A stretch of DNA of 64,000 nucleotides from an uncultured Saprospiraceae bacterium (GCA_964423205.1 CAYRDX010000009.1:6535-70534), one strand, 5' to 3'. Shown: positions 18,169-27,936, numbered from the stretch's first letter. The notes: generated by a model from the sequence alone, not told the origin. A program made the numbers and translations.

Positions 18169-18222
18169 CAGAGGTGACGACACCTTTCAAAAAGGTGTCA
18201 CCTCTGGGGATTCCCGGGAATC
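18169..18222. promoter_or_regulatory. two adjacent palindromes in a divergent promoter region
   Basis: cagaggtgac(gac)acctttcaaaaaggtgtcacctctg forms a 16-bp stem with a 3-nt bulge (18169-18206). It is followed by the perfect 14-bp palindrome gattcccgggaatc (18209-18222). The site lies between the divergent starts at 18132 (-) and 18437 (+). Confidence 0.4.
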
Positions 18223-18436
18223 ACCTGTCATCCCAACAAAACTGGCGAATATCCTATTGAAACGAAATGCTACTGGTCAATCAATTTCAAATTCCTTTTC
18301 ACGCGGCTTCTTGAAGTACGCTATCTATGGATTTCTGTTTCTTTGTTTAGTCACCAATCTGCCAGAACGAAAAAGTAACAGTCATTTACTTTCCCCAAAT
18401 AAAATTACTTTTGCCAAATCCGAATTTGCAAATCTG

Positions 18437-19441
18437 ATGCTTAGAAAAACTTGTATTTTCCTATGCTCTGCAGTTGTATTGGTCAGTTCCTGTACCAATG
18501 ATTTTGAGGTGGCAGCACCCTGGAAAGACATACCTGTCGTGTATGGTTTGCTCAATATTGCTGATTCGGTTCATTATATCCGGGTAGAAAAAGCTTTCCT
18601 TGATCCAAACGGAGATGCACTAAAGATGGCGCAAAACCCCGACAGCCTTTATTACCCTGCTGCGTCTGTGCAATTGCTGCGCCTCAGCAATGCTCAGGTT
18701 TTCAACCTTCGAAAAATCGATGGCAATAAAGAAGGTTACCCGCGCCAAACTGGCATTTTTGCCACTTCACCCAATTGGTTATACAGGGCTGATTCTTCCA
18801 CGATCCGTCTTGAAAAAGGTGAAAAAATCCGGTTCAGGCTGGACAGAGGCAATGGCCTACCACCTGTAATAGCCGAGACAATCGTTCTGGATAAAGGAAG
18901 GCAGAGAACCCCGGCACCAACAGATGGCCGTTTTGCATTCCATTACAATCTGCCCTCGAAAGTGAGCTGGTCTTCTGATGCTGCTGCCCGGATTTTCGAT
19001 GTGAAACTGGTGTTGAATTATGCCGAATGGCCTGTGAATAACCCAAACGCAGTGGTTAAGAAATCCCTGGACTGGGTTTGGAGACAAGGGCTGCGAGTGG
19101 AATCTGCTCAGCCGGAAAACGTTGTCGAAAAATCAGGGGTGGAATTTTATCAGCATCTCAAAGCGAACCTGAGCGAAAACAACACCTTGCGCCGCATTTT
19201 CCTCGGCATTGATATCAACATTATTAACGGTGGTCCGGAATTGGAAAAGTTCATCAATGTGGCTCAGGCAAATACCGGCCTTACCGGTTCACAGGAACTT
19301 CCTGTTTATACTAATTTGTCGGAGGGTAGGGGAGTATTCTCTTCGGTCACCTTCCTGGTCACCAGGAATGTACAATTGACAACCGAATCGCGAGATTCTC
19401 TGAGGCTGGGCGTTCACACAAAGGCTCTTAATTTTCAATAA
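18437..19441 (+). CDS. hypothetical lipoprotein
   Basis: ATG 18437 gives MLRKTCIFLCSAVVLVSSC, a lipobox-like signal. I recognise no family. The track start at 18257 adds 60 aa that look non-coding. Confidence 0.6.
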   Translation: MLRKTCIFLCSAVVLVSSCTNDFEVAAPWKDIPVVYGLLNIADSVHYIRVEKAFLDPNGDALKMAQNPDSLYYPAASVQLLRLSNAQVFNLRKIDGNKEGYPRQTGIFATSPNWLYRADSSTIRLEKGEKIRFRLDRGNGLPPVIAETIVLDKGRQRTPAPTDGRFAFHYNLPSKVSWSSDAAARIFDVKLVLNYAEWPVNNPNAVVKKSLDWVWRQGLRVESAQPENVVEKSGVEFYQHLKANLSENNTLRRIFLGIDINIINGGPELEKFINVAQANTGLTGSQELPVYTNLSEGRGVFSSVTFLVTRNVQLTTESRDSLRLGVHTKALNFQ

Positions 19442-19514
19442 TAATCAATTGGCTGTGCTGCCGCAGATGTGAATTCAAACGCAGTCATCCAAAAACAACA
19501 ATTTCTGAACTGAC

Positions 19515-21083
19515 ATGAAAAAATCTTCCTTTTTGATGCTTCTGGTTTTGTTTCTGACCACTTTCCTGTTGGCTCAGGATAAACCCGCTGCTGATTTTGC
19601 AACAGTAATCAAAAAACATGGTCTGGACAAAAGCCAGGTCATGGAATTAGCCAGTTGGATGACCGATGTTTATGGCCCGAGGCTTACCGGCACGCCAGGC
19701 CTCGACCGTGCTTCTGAATGGGCCATGAAAACCATGAAAGATTGGGGTATGAAAAACGTCGCTCTCGACGAATGGGGGCCCTTTGGCAGAGGTTGGGAAC
19801 TCAAGCATTTTCAAATGCATTGCGAAGCACCAACTTATTTCCATGTTATTGCTTACCCGAAAGCCTGGTCACCTTCCACAAAGGGTTTGGTCAAGGGTGA
19901 AGTTATTTACCTGAATGCTTCATCAGAAGAAGACCTCGTCAAATACAAAGGCAAGCTCAAGGGTAAGTTCGTGCTGATTGATACCCTTCGCACACTGAAA
20001 GAATGGGAAGAACCACTTGCCGTTCGTTACAGCTCCGAGCAATTGCTCGACATGGCCAATGCAGGTGTTCCTGCCCGTCGCCCTTTCCGCAATTTCCCCG
20101 AAAGTGGCCGTAATTTCGTCCGTGTATTGCGCGATTTTATTCATGCTGAGCAGCCATTGGCCACTATTGACCGGAGCTTTAAGGGCGATTATGGAACTGT
20201 TTTCGTGTCGGGTGCCAGTGCCAGAGCAGGTAGCGCATACGCCGATACCGCACAGGTTCTTCCTCAGGTCACCATGGCTGTAGAACACTATAACCGCATT
20301 TTCAGAATGGTAGCCCGCGGGATTCCCGTTACGCTGAGCATGGACCTCCGTGCAGTTTACACTAATCCGGATAAAATGGAGCACAACATTATTGCTGAAA
20401 TACCGGGTACCGACCTCAAAGATGAGGTGGTCATGTTTGGAGGTCACTTTGATTCCTGGCATGCAGGAACCGGAGCTACCGACAACGCTGCCGGCTCAGC
20501 CGTCATGATGGAAGTAGCCAGAATACTGTTGGAAACGATTAAGGAAACAGGTGTTCAGCCAAGACGGACGCTGAGAATTGCCCTTTGGACGGGTGAAGAA
20601 CAGGGGCTTTATGGCTCGAGGGGTTATGTCAGGAAACATTTTGCCGATACCGATCAATTGGGCAACCTTCAAAATGTGAAAGCAGGGCATGGTAAGATTT
20701 CTGCTTATTACAATCTCGACAATGGTACTGGGCGCATTCGTGGCGTTTACCTTCAGGGCAACGAACAAATTGCTCCAATATTCCGGGAGTGGCTCGATCC
20801 ATTCCGCCAAATGGGAGCAACCACACTTACACTGCAAAATACAGGCGGTACTGACCACCTGGCTTTCCATGCTGTAGGGGTTCCGGGCTTCCAGTTTATA
20901 CAGGATGGTGTGGCCTATTCCAACAGGACCCACCACTCCAATATGGACATGTTCGACCACCTGGTTGAAGATGACCTCAAACAGGCGGCAACCGTCATTT
21001 CCTATTTTGTTTGGCAAACTGCCCAGCGTGATGAAATGTTGCCCAGAAGGAAAATGGAAAGAGCCAACATGGGCGGAGAATAA
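19515..21083 (+). CDS. M28 family metallopeptidase with a PA-like insert (secreted)
   Basis: Signal peptide, GGHFDSWHAGTGATDNAAGSAVMMEVARIL, WTGEEQGLYGSRGY and GGTDHLAF motifs. Confidence 0.85.
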   Translation: MKKSSFLMLLVLFLTTFLLAQDKPAADFATVIKKHGLDKSQVMELASWMTDVYGPRLTGTPGLDRASEWAMKTMKDWGMKNVALDEWGPFGRGWELKHFQMHCEAPTYFHVIAYPKAWSPSTKGLVKGEVIYLNASSEEDLVKYKGKLKGKFVLIDTLRTLKEWEEPLAVRYSSEQLLDMANAGVPARRPFRNFPESGRNFVRVLRDFIHAEQPLATIDRSFKGDYGTVFVSGASARAGSAYADTAQVLPQVTMAVEHYNRIFRMVARGIPVTLSMDLRAVYTNPDKMEHNIIAEIPGTDLKDEVVMFGGHFDSWHAGTGATDNAAGSAVMMEVARILLETIKETGVQPRRTLRIALWTGEEQGLYGSRGYVRKHFADTDQLGNLQNVKAGHGKISAYYNLDNGTGRIRGVYLQGNEQIAPIFREWLDPFRQMGATTLTLQNTGGTDHLAFHAVGVPGFQFIQDGVAYSNRTHHSNMDMFDHLVEDDLKQAATVISYFVWQTAQRDEMLPRRKMERANMGGE

Positions 21084-21242
21084 CCCGGCGTATATGGAGT
21101 TCTGAAACTCTGCGTTCGCCAAATCGTCGGGCCACCAGCTTTTAAAGGTAAAATCTATCTGTCTGTTTGGCTGGTGGCTCGACAACTTCGATCGTTTTCC
21201 CCTGATGGAATAATGCCAATTGAATTATGAATTTTAAGTAGG

Positions 21243-22478
21243 ATGCTTTTGAATATGAATGCGCTCGCCATACTGATCATATTGAGTGTTTTCAGTGCCT
21301 GCAGGGTAGTCTCTCCATCGGAATTTACTTATCCTGATCCGGTTGATACCAATGATAAAATCATTCAAAACCAGGTAAGGCAGGTATATTCTGCAAATGG
21401 AGTTTATGCAGATAACCGCTTTGATGCCGCCCGGTTGAATGGATTCCGGCAAACCCATCGCGATACCTTTGTAGCTACTATTTCCCCTGAAAATCAGCCT
21501 ATCAATATGAGTCCATGGTATGCTTTCAAGCTTTGGTCGGACAACATCCGGCAGATCAATCTCAGGCTGGAATATACTGATGGTTATCACCGCTACCATC
21601 CAAAACTCAGTAAAGACGGAAGAAATTGGGAACCGATGGACTCCAATGAACTTTCACTACGCCAACGTGGATATGCCAATCTGAAACTGAACATTGGGCC
21701 TGATACACTTTGGCTTGCTGCCCAGGAAATAGTAACGAGTTCCGATGCAAAAGAGTGGTGCGCCAGAATGAGCATGTTCAGCGGTGTCAGCCTTTCTGCC
21801 TTCGGCAAAAGCAAATTGGGTCGCGAAATGTACATGCTCGATATCAATGAGGGCAAAGCAAAGCGTAAGGATATCATCGTCGTGTTCAGCCGGCAGCACC
21901 CGCCCGAAGTGACTGGTTATTATGCCATGCAGCACTTTGTGGAGGAATTGCTTTCATCCGATAAACTGGCGGTTACTTTCAGAAAAAAGTTCAGAATTAT
22001 TGTATTCCCGCTGATTAATCCGGATGGTGTAGATTTAGGGCATTGGCGCCATAATGCAGGTGGTATCGACCTCAACAGAGACTGGGCCTATTATCGTCAG
22101 CCTGAAACCAAACAGGTAGCTGAATACCTGGTTAAAGAAGTAAAAAAGAATAAAAGCAAGGTACTGGTTGGTCTCGACTTTCACTCTACCTGGCAGGATG
22201 TCTATTACACAGGCAGCGTTGAACTAACCTCCAGGTCAAATGTTCCGCACTTCAAAGACTACTGGCTATATGGCATTCAGAACGCGATAGAGGGTTACCG
22301 TGTTAACGACCAGCCATCGAGTCTCAATGCACCAGTGACCAAGGGATGGTTTTTCCTTCAGTTCAATGCCGAAGGCATAACTTATGAAATTGGTGATGAT
22401 ACACCCCGGCCGTTTATAAAGGTAAAATCACAGGTTGCAGCTCAGGAACTGATGCGCTTGCTGATTTACAGAAAATGA
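21243..22478 (+). CDS. M14 family zinc carboxypeptidase-like protein
   Basis: SRQHPPEVTG, NPDGVDLGHWRHNAGGIDLNRDW and GLDFHS are M14-type motifs. The N-terminus has a lipoprotein-like signal. Confidence 0.8.
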   Translation: MLLNMNALAILIILSVFSACRVVSPSEFTYPDPVDTNDKIIQNQVRQVYSANGVYADNRFDAARLNGFRQTHRDTFVATISPENQPINMSPWYAFKLWSDNIRQINLRLEYTDGYHRYHPKLSKDGRNWEPMDSNELSLRQRGYANLKLNIGPDTLWLAAQEIVTSSDAKEWCARMSMFSGVSLSAFGKSKLGREMYMLDINEGKAKRKDIIVVFSRQHPPEVTGYYAMQHFVEELLSSDKLAVTFRKKFRIIVFPLINPDGVDLGHWRHNAGGIDLNRDWAYYRQPETKQVAEYLVKEVKKNKSKVLVGLDFHSTWQDVYYTGSVELTSRSNVPHFKDYWLYGIQNAIEGYRVNDQPSSLNAPVTKGWFFLQFNAEGITYEIGDDTPRPFIKVKSQVAAQELMRLLIYRK

Positions 22479-22496
22479 AAACCTGAATGATAAGGT

Positions 22497-22626
22497 TGAA
22501 GGCAAAAATAAAAAGGCAAAAGGCAAAAGTTTTCCAACTGATTTTCAAATTGTTTTCTTAACCACTTGAAGACCAGTTGAAAAACTTTTGCCTTTTTACT
22601 TTTGCCTTTTTACTTTTTACTTTTTC
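22497..22626. repeat. long hairpin element built from aaaaggc/gcctttt words, copy 1 (complete)
   Basis: The left arm aaaaggcaaaaggcaaaagttttccaactg (22511-22540) pairs with cagttgaaaaacttttgcctttttacttttgccttttt (22574-22611). A truncated copy lies at 51103-51172. Confidence 0.8.
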
Positions 22627-22653
22627 CTAAGTTCTAATCAAAATAGCTAAACC

Positions 22654-23751
22654 ATGAAAATCTATCGTACAGTATTCTTTTTGTTGTGCTTCATCATTAG
22701 CAACTCCTATGCTCAAACGAATGAAGACCTGCAGAAGGAAATCGCTTCCCTGAGAAGCCAGATTTCCAACCTCCAACATAATTTTGATGCTCTTGAAAAG
22801 TCCATCGACGATATTGCTATGACTCAAAGACTTGAAGACATTGCGTTTGTTGACAAAGTGGAACTTACCGGCCCCCCTCTCGGCAAGGAAAAAGCAAAGG
22901 TGATGAGCGGGGCTAACAATCCGCCACATGTTTACGAAAACCCACTTCGTTTCAAAACTTATGTTTTCATTCCTAAGAACCTGGATACCAATAAGAAATA
23001 TCCACTACTGGTATTCCCTCATGGTGGAGTCCATGGCAATTTCAATACATACTATTACCACATCATCAGAGAACTCATCACTCAGGGTTACGTCATAACA
23101 GCTCCGGAATATCGCGGAAGCAACGCATACGGCCGCGGTTTTTATCAGTCAATCGATTATGGTGGAAAAGAAAATGAAGATGTGAAAGCAAGCCGGGATT
23201 ATATGTTGGAGCATTACGATTTTCTGGATGCAAAACGTGTGGGCATATTGGGTTGGAGTCACGGGGGCATGATTACCCTGATGAATCTGTTTGATTATCC
23301 GGATGCATATGCGGTTGGATATGCAGGAGTACCTGTGAGCGACCTGATAGCAAGAATGGGGTACAAAACGGACAGTTACAGAGGGCTTTTCTCCGCACCT
23401 TATCATATCGGTAAAACAGCTTTTGAAGATGTAGATGAATACAAACGCCGCTCACCAGCCTGGAATGCTCATAAGTTACAAAAGCCGCTTCTGATACACA
23501 CCAATACCATCGACGATGACGTAAACGTACTGGAAGTGGAACACCTCATCAAAGCACTTAAAGCTGAAGGAAAGAAGTTTGAGTATGAAATATACAAGGC
23601 TATTCCGGGTGGGCATGGCTTTGACCGCATCGATACCAAAACAGCCAAAGAGATCAGGCTTAAGATTTACAAATTCCTGAACGGATACCTGAAGCCGGCC
23701 AAACCGATAAATAGTATGAAAGAGCTTCATAAAGCGGGTTATGTTTGGTAA
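22654..23751 (+). CDS. S9 family serine peptidase / alpha-beta hydrolase with an N-terminal coiled coil
   Basis: GWSHGG nucleophile elbow and a late D/H region (IDDDVNV, GGHGF). Has a signal peptide. Confidence 0.75.
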   Translation: MKIYRTVFFLLCFIISNSYAQTNEDLQKEIASLRSQISNLQHNFDALEKSIDDIAMTQRLEDIAFVDKVELTGPPLGKEKAKVMSGANNPPHVYENPLRFKTYVFIPKNLDTNKKYPLLVFPHGGVHGNFNTYYYHIIRELITQGYVITAPEYRGSNAYGRGFYQSIDYGGKENEDVKASRDYMLEHYDFLDAKRVGILGWSHGGMITLMNLFDYPDAYAVGYAGVPVSDLIARMGYKTDSYRGLFSAPYHIGKTAFEDVDEYKRRSPAWNAHKLQKPLLIHTNTIDDDVNVLEVEHLIKALKAEGKKFEYEIYKAIPGGHGFDRIDTKTAKEIRLKIYKFLNGYLKPAKPINSMKELHKAGYVW

Positions 23752-23874
23752 ACATTGCCTGTTGTTTGGATGAACTTTCAATTCAAAAAGGAGGTTGATA
23801 AAATGGGTTGCAGCAAACTTGTTGCAGTAACAATTTTTCCTATTTTTGCACCCCGATTTGAAAGTTCATTCCCA

Positions 23875-23949
23875 GGGTCGTTAGCTCAGTTGGTTTAGAG
23901 CGCATGCTTGACAGGCATGAGGTCACTGGTTCGAATCCAGTACGACCCA
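23875..23949 (+). tRNA. tRNA-Val (anticodon GAC)
   Basis: Manual cloverleaf: acceptor gggtcgt/acgaccc, D arm gctc..gagc, anticodon stem catgc/gcatg with loop ttGACag, and T arm actgg ttcgaat ccagt. Confidence 0.9.
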
Positions 23950-23960
23950 CTTCTTAACTA

Positions 23961-24002
23961 TGAGATATGAGATATGAGATATGAGATATGAGATATGAGA
24001 TA
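23961..24002. repeat. heptamer tandem array (tgagata x6)
   Basis: Six perfect copies lie between the two tRNAs. The unit is the reverse complement of the tcatatc-type unit of the 647-716 array. Confidence 0.9.
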
Positions 24003-24064
24003 TGAATTGAGTGATAAGAACTTTGTCTTATCATCATTCATCATTCCTAGTTCTTTGTTAAATA

Positions 24065-24138
24065 CGGGGTGTAGCGCAGTCCGGTAGCGTACACGTCTGG
24101 GGGGCGTGTGGTCGCTGGTTCAAATCCAGTCACCCCGA
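24065..24138 (+). tRNA. tRNA-Pro (anticodon GGG)
   Basis: Manual cloverleaf: acceptor cggggtg/caccccg, anticodon stem cacgt/gcgtg with loop ctGGGgg (G37), and T arm gctgg ttcaaat ccagt. Confidence 0.85.
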
Positions 24139-24151
24139 CTTAATAATCAAG

Positions 24152-24181
24152 GAGTTACGAAAATCGTAGCTCTTTTTTTTT
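24152..24181 (+). terminator. rho-independent terminator after the tRNA pair
   Basis: gagttacga aaa tcgtagctc (9-bp stem with one G-U pair) followed by a run of nine T. Confidence 0.75.
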
Positions 24182-24608
24182 GCCCGGGATTGAGAAAATG
24201 TTCAATAAAAGGAAAAGAACTTCCGATAACTATTCCTTTTTACACTAATTGGGACTGACCAAAAATGATGACTAATTATAAATAAGAAATTCGGCTGCTC
24301 ACTTGACTTTGACACTTAATTGAGTTAAAAAATTGATTATCAACACTCTGATTTTTGGCTTTCGCACCCGCCAGCTGGCGGGCTGCCAGGCTATCCTTGG
24401 GCAGGATGGGCGGTAGTGTTTTCAATGCCAGTAATTGTAACAGGTCTTTTTGAAAGTTGTCTAAGTTGGCCCTTAGATAGAATTATGCATCCCCTTGCTG
24501 GACCAGGCTGAATTGCATGCTATCAAGGGATTTGCGAATATGGTTTTCGGAATGGGGCTGGCCGGCTTCCCGGATAAAAATACCCACCCGTGATTTCTTC
24601 AGATACTT

Positions 24609-25370
24609 CTACACCCCCGCAATCCTCCTCTTATATTCCGCCAATGCTTCGTCAAGGCGAACTTTTGCGGTGGTATCGCCGGGCACGTTGTGTGAGGGAT
24701 GGATATAGAGTTTTACACCACGGTCAGCCAATATTTCGGCCACGGTTGTAACGGTCATCCAAACGCAGGTGACAAAAGCAATGGTGGAAACTGGACCTAC
24801 TTTATCAAAGTGATTTTTCAGAGGAACGGATGCATCCTCAATCGGTGTGCAGGTATCTACAATTATGTCAGCGAGGTCGAAGATGGTCTTGCCGCAAGAG
24901 TGCCGCGAGGTTTTTCCAACTGCCTCTGCTGCCGAGCCAAAAGCGATAACTTTCATTCCTTTTTTCCTGGCTTCGAGGGCGATGTCGATATTGACGTTGT
25001 TGATGCCGGTGTGCGAAAATATCCACATGGTGTCGCGGCTGTCGAAATCATATCCTTTCATAATTTCCTGACCGTAACCCTCCACACGTTCCAAGAATAT
25101 GAATTGATGCACGCCCATTTCACCTGTTATCCTGGTAAAAAACGTCAGGGGAAGTTCTATCATGGGGTGAAAGCCAACGAATCCGCCAATTCTCGGGTAC
25201 ATTTCTTCGATAGGTAAGGTGGCATGACCGCATCCGAAAGTATGCACCCAACGGCCCTGTTCTATTGTATCTGCCATTGTTTCAGCCGCTTTGCGGATGT
25301 TTTCCATTTGGGTTTCCTCAATTTTTGACATGATGTCATAGGCATTGCGTAGCCACTGTTTTGCCAGCAT
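24609..25370 (-). CDS. SIS (sugar isomerase) domain-containing protein
   Basis: 253-aa ORF. The layout WVHTFGCGHA...IFSHTGINNVNIDIALEARKKGMKVIAFGS matches UPF0309-type SIS proteins. It is the last gene of the ROK-MFS-SIS operon. Confidence 0.7.
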   Translation of the reverse strand: MLAKQWLRNAYDIMSKIEETQMENIRKAAETMADTIEQGRWVHTFGCGHATLPIEEMYPRIGGFVGFHPMIELPLTFFTRITGEMGVHQFIFLERVEGYGQEIMKGYDFDSRDTMWIFSHTGINNVNIDIALEARKKGMKVIAFGSAAEAVGKTSRHSCGKTIFDLADIIVDTCTPIEDASVPLKNHFDKVGPVSTIAFVTCVWMTVTTVAEILADRGVKLYIHPSHNVPGDTTAKVRLDEALAEYKRRIAGV

Positions 25371-25374
25371 GGTT

Positions 25375-26553
25375 TTATGATTGTGTTGTGATGAATTTGT
25401 TTTTAAGCTCTTTTCGAAGTATAACCCAGCAAAGGAAGCTCATGAATATAGCTTCAATGATAATGGCGGGCACTACCTGACCTATCCCGAACTGCTTTGC
25501 AATAATTCCCATCAGATAGTTGAGCAACATATTGCCAATCAAAGCCACTGAAAGAATAAAGCTGAATGCCGTTGCTGTGAGGTGTTGGAAATGCCTGCCA
25601 ACGATACCATACATGATGGGGAATCCTGCAGCTAGTCCCGCACCCATAATAATCAGCGAAGTTACCACTGTGTAGTAATCATTTGTCATCGCCAACATGA
25701 AACCACTGATGAGTAACATGCCCATGGAAAGCCAAAGTACTGCCGCATTGGACACTTTTCTGAGCAAACCTCCGAGAATCAGCCGCATGAGTGCCATGCC
25801 CACAACATTGAGCGTAAGCGCATAAAGAGCTTTGCTTTCATCTATTTGCAGGTCGTCGATGAGGTAAGAGGTAATCCAGTTATGTACGATGGCTTCAAGG
25901 CTGCTTTGAAAAAACAGGAAAAAAGCAATCAGGAGGATGAAATCATTTTTGATTAAATCCGTCACCTGTTTTAATTGCAGCTTTTCTGTTTGTTTTGCCG
26001 GTGGAAATGTTATGAAAAACATGAAAAAGGATACGACAAAAGCCAATACACTGATGGCTTTCAGCATAATCTCAAAACCATAACTTCCTTTGTACAATCC
26101 TAATATAAAAGGCATGCCCAAGGCGCCGATGGAAAAGAAAACACCCAGAAGGCTCAGGTTTGCTTCCTTGTCTCTTTCACTGATGTCGGATACCAATGCA
26201 TTGGTGGCTCCATTTACCATTCCTCCTCCGAATCCGAACAGAAAGATTCCTGATTTCAGAATATCAAGGTTTTCCAACTCAGCTATTCCCAAAAGGCCAA
26301 AACCAATCAATGCCGAACAAAAGGTCAGTATCCATTTATAGCCATATCTGTCGCAAAGTGGACCAAAAACCAGGGAGCCTGCCAGAATTCCCAATGGTAA
26401 AATCGCAAAGATGGAACCCGCAGCTATTTCATCCAGTCCGAATTTATTTCTCAAATCGGGGAGCACAGCACCTAGTGTAATCAGTGTTATGCCAAACAAT
26501 AGCATTCCTGCGCAGGCAGTAAAGAAATTGAGCGTCTTGTTATAAGTATTCAT
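25375..26553 (-). CDS. MFS transporter (probable sugar transporter)
   Basis: About 12 predicted TM helices. The ATG at 26553 (MNTYNKTLNFFTACAG) overlaps the ROK stop by 14 nt. The track start at 26595 is less likely. Confidence 0.75.
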   Translation of the reverse strand: MNTYNKTLNFFTACAGMLLFGITLITLGAVLPDLRNKFGLDEIAAGSIFAILPLGILAGSLVFGPLCDRYGYKWILTFCSALIGFGLLGIAELENLDILKSGIFLFGFGGGMVNGATNALVSDISERDKEANLSLLGVFFSIGALGMPFILGLYKGSYGFEIMLKAISVLAFVVSFFMFFITFPPAKQTEKLQLKQVTDLIKNDFILLIAFFLFFQSSLEAIVHNWITSYLIDDLQIDESKALYALTLNVVGMALMRLILGGLLRKVSNAAVLWLSMGMLLISGFMLAMTNDYYTVVTSLIIMGAGLAAGFPIMYGIVGRHFQHLTATAFSFILSVALIGNMLLNYLMGIIAKQFGIGQVVPAIIIEAIFMSFLCWVILRKELKNKFITTQS

Positions 26554-27490
26554 TTCCGTGTTTATCGAGCAAGAGCAGGGCTGCGTAGGCCGCACCTATG
26601 ACTCCTGCATCACCACCCAAAGCTGAACCCTTTAATTGATACATTCTGGCACTGATGGGTTGCGACCAAAAGTCAGCTTCCTTCTTTATTTCTTCGAGAA
26701 ATCTCAATCCTGGGCCAAACACTCCACCTCCCAATACTATGACTTCGGGATTAAAAGTACTGACCAGGTTGGAGATTCCCATGCCCCAAAGTCTTATGCA
26801 ACTCCTGATGGTTTTTTCAGCTATTTGGTCTTTATCGTAGTTCTCAAAAATATGATGTGTATTCAGGTTTTCAGTCATCGATACTAGCTTGCCCTGGTAA
26901 CTTGAATCATCCTTCATGAGCAATCCCGCCAGTTCAACCATTCCCTTTCCGGAAGCAAAATGCTCAAAAGGAAAAACAGCTCCATCCATTAGTGGTGAAG
27001 GTAGTGGTATCCAACCAACTGCGCCAGCTATGTCCGCTGCGCCGTGTAATACACGGTTTTCTGAATAAATTCCGGCGCCAATGCCCGTACCAATGGATAA
27101 ATAAATAGCGTGCTTGGTGCCTATTGCATTACCTTTCCAAATCTCGCCAAGAATATAACACGTGCGGTCACTCTCCACTGTCACGTGCTTTCCAGTGGTA
27201 ACATCTTTCAATTTATCTTTTAAGGGAAAATAGTCCCATCCTTTAATATTGGGAGCCCAAATCGTACCTCTTACTTTATCTGAAATGCCGGGGATAGAAA
27301 TACCAATGGCCTGTATCTCAAATTCTTCATGGGAACAAATCCTGTTGATTTCACTTTTTATGGTTTCAGTCACCTGATCCCCCTCAACAGTTTTCAGCAG
27401 AAACCTGTCAGTATAAAGCTGACGGCCTGATTCATCCACGACCGACAATGCGATTTTGGTGCCTCCAACATCTATACCCAGTAACGCCAT
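26540..27490 (-). CDS. ROK family sugar kinase
   Basis: LGIDVGGTKIA N-terminus, GIGAGI and glycine-rich segments typical of ROK kinases. Confidence 0.8.
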   Translation of the reverse strand: MALLGIDVGGTKIALSVVDESGRQLYTDRFLLKTVEGDQVTETIKSEINRICSHEEFEIQAIGISIPGISDKVRGTIWAPNIKGWDYFPLKDKLKDVTTGKHVTVESDRTCYILGEIWKGNAIGTKHAIYLSIGTGIGAGIYSENRVLHGAADIAGAVGWIPLPSPLMDGAVFPFEHFASGKGMVELAGLLMKDDSSYQGKLVSMTENLNTHHIFENYDKDQIAEKTIRSCIRLWGMGISNLVSTFNPEVIVLGGGVFGPGLRFLEEIKKEADFWSQPISARMYQLKGSALGGDAGVIGAAYAALLLLDKHGNEYL

Positions 27491-27936
27491 TTTTTACTGT
27501 TTTAAGAAGGCAGAAAGATAAACCTGTGGTTGAAATGGCTACCATCCTGGCTATTCAATTTTCCATGTTTATCGAAAATAAAGTGAAGGATTTTTTGCAC
27601 AGACTTTCTTTTATGAGCCAAAGCATGATTTTGACCTGCGATGAATCAGTACCATAATTTTCTCAGGACAAAAGTCATCCTATTGCCAATCTCGCAGCTG
27701 TATGTGATGACAATTACCACCCCTGATTTTTACAGCATTTGAATAATCCCCAATTTTTCTAACTTTCGCCCATCGGGTTCTTTTCAAAGTCGGACAAATG
27801 AAAAGACCTGTTTTACTGCATTAAAAGGGCTTATATTCTGGAAATCGCCATCCCTTAAGTCCTTTTACACCTCTCCACAACTGGCGATTGATGAATGATT
27901 TATGTCAGTACACACAAAGTCATAAATTCAAAAACT

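Noticed and set aside
23803-23898. 31-codon ORF preceded by a perfect AAAGGAGGT Shine-Dalgarno
   Set aside because: It runs through the likely tRNA promoter (TTG ... TATTTTTG at 23822-23848) and into the tRNA-Val gene itself. The SD-like motif is noted under the hsp20 finding, but the ORF is most likely fortuitous.
23875-24608. Integrated prophage or ICE at the tRNA-Val/tRNA-Pro pair
   Set aside because: I could find no integrase, no phage genes and no duplicated tRNA 3' end. Only short uninterpretable frame remnants are present, and these are reported separately with low interest.
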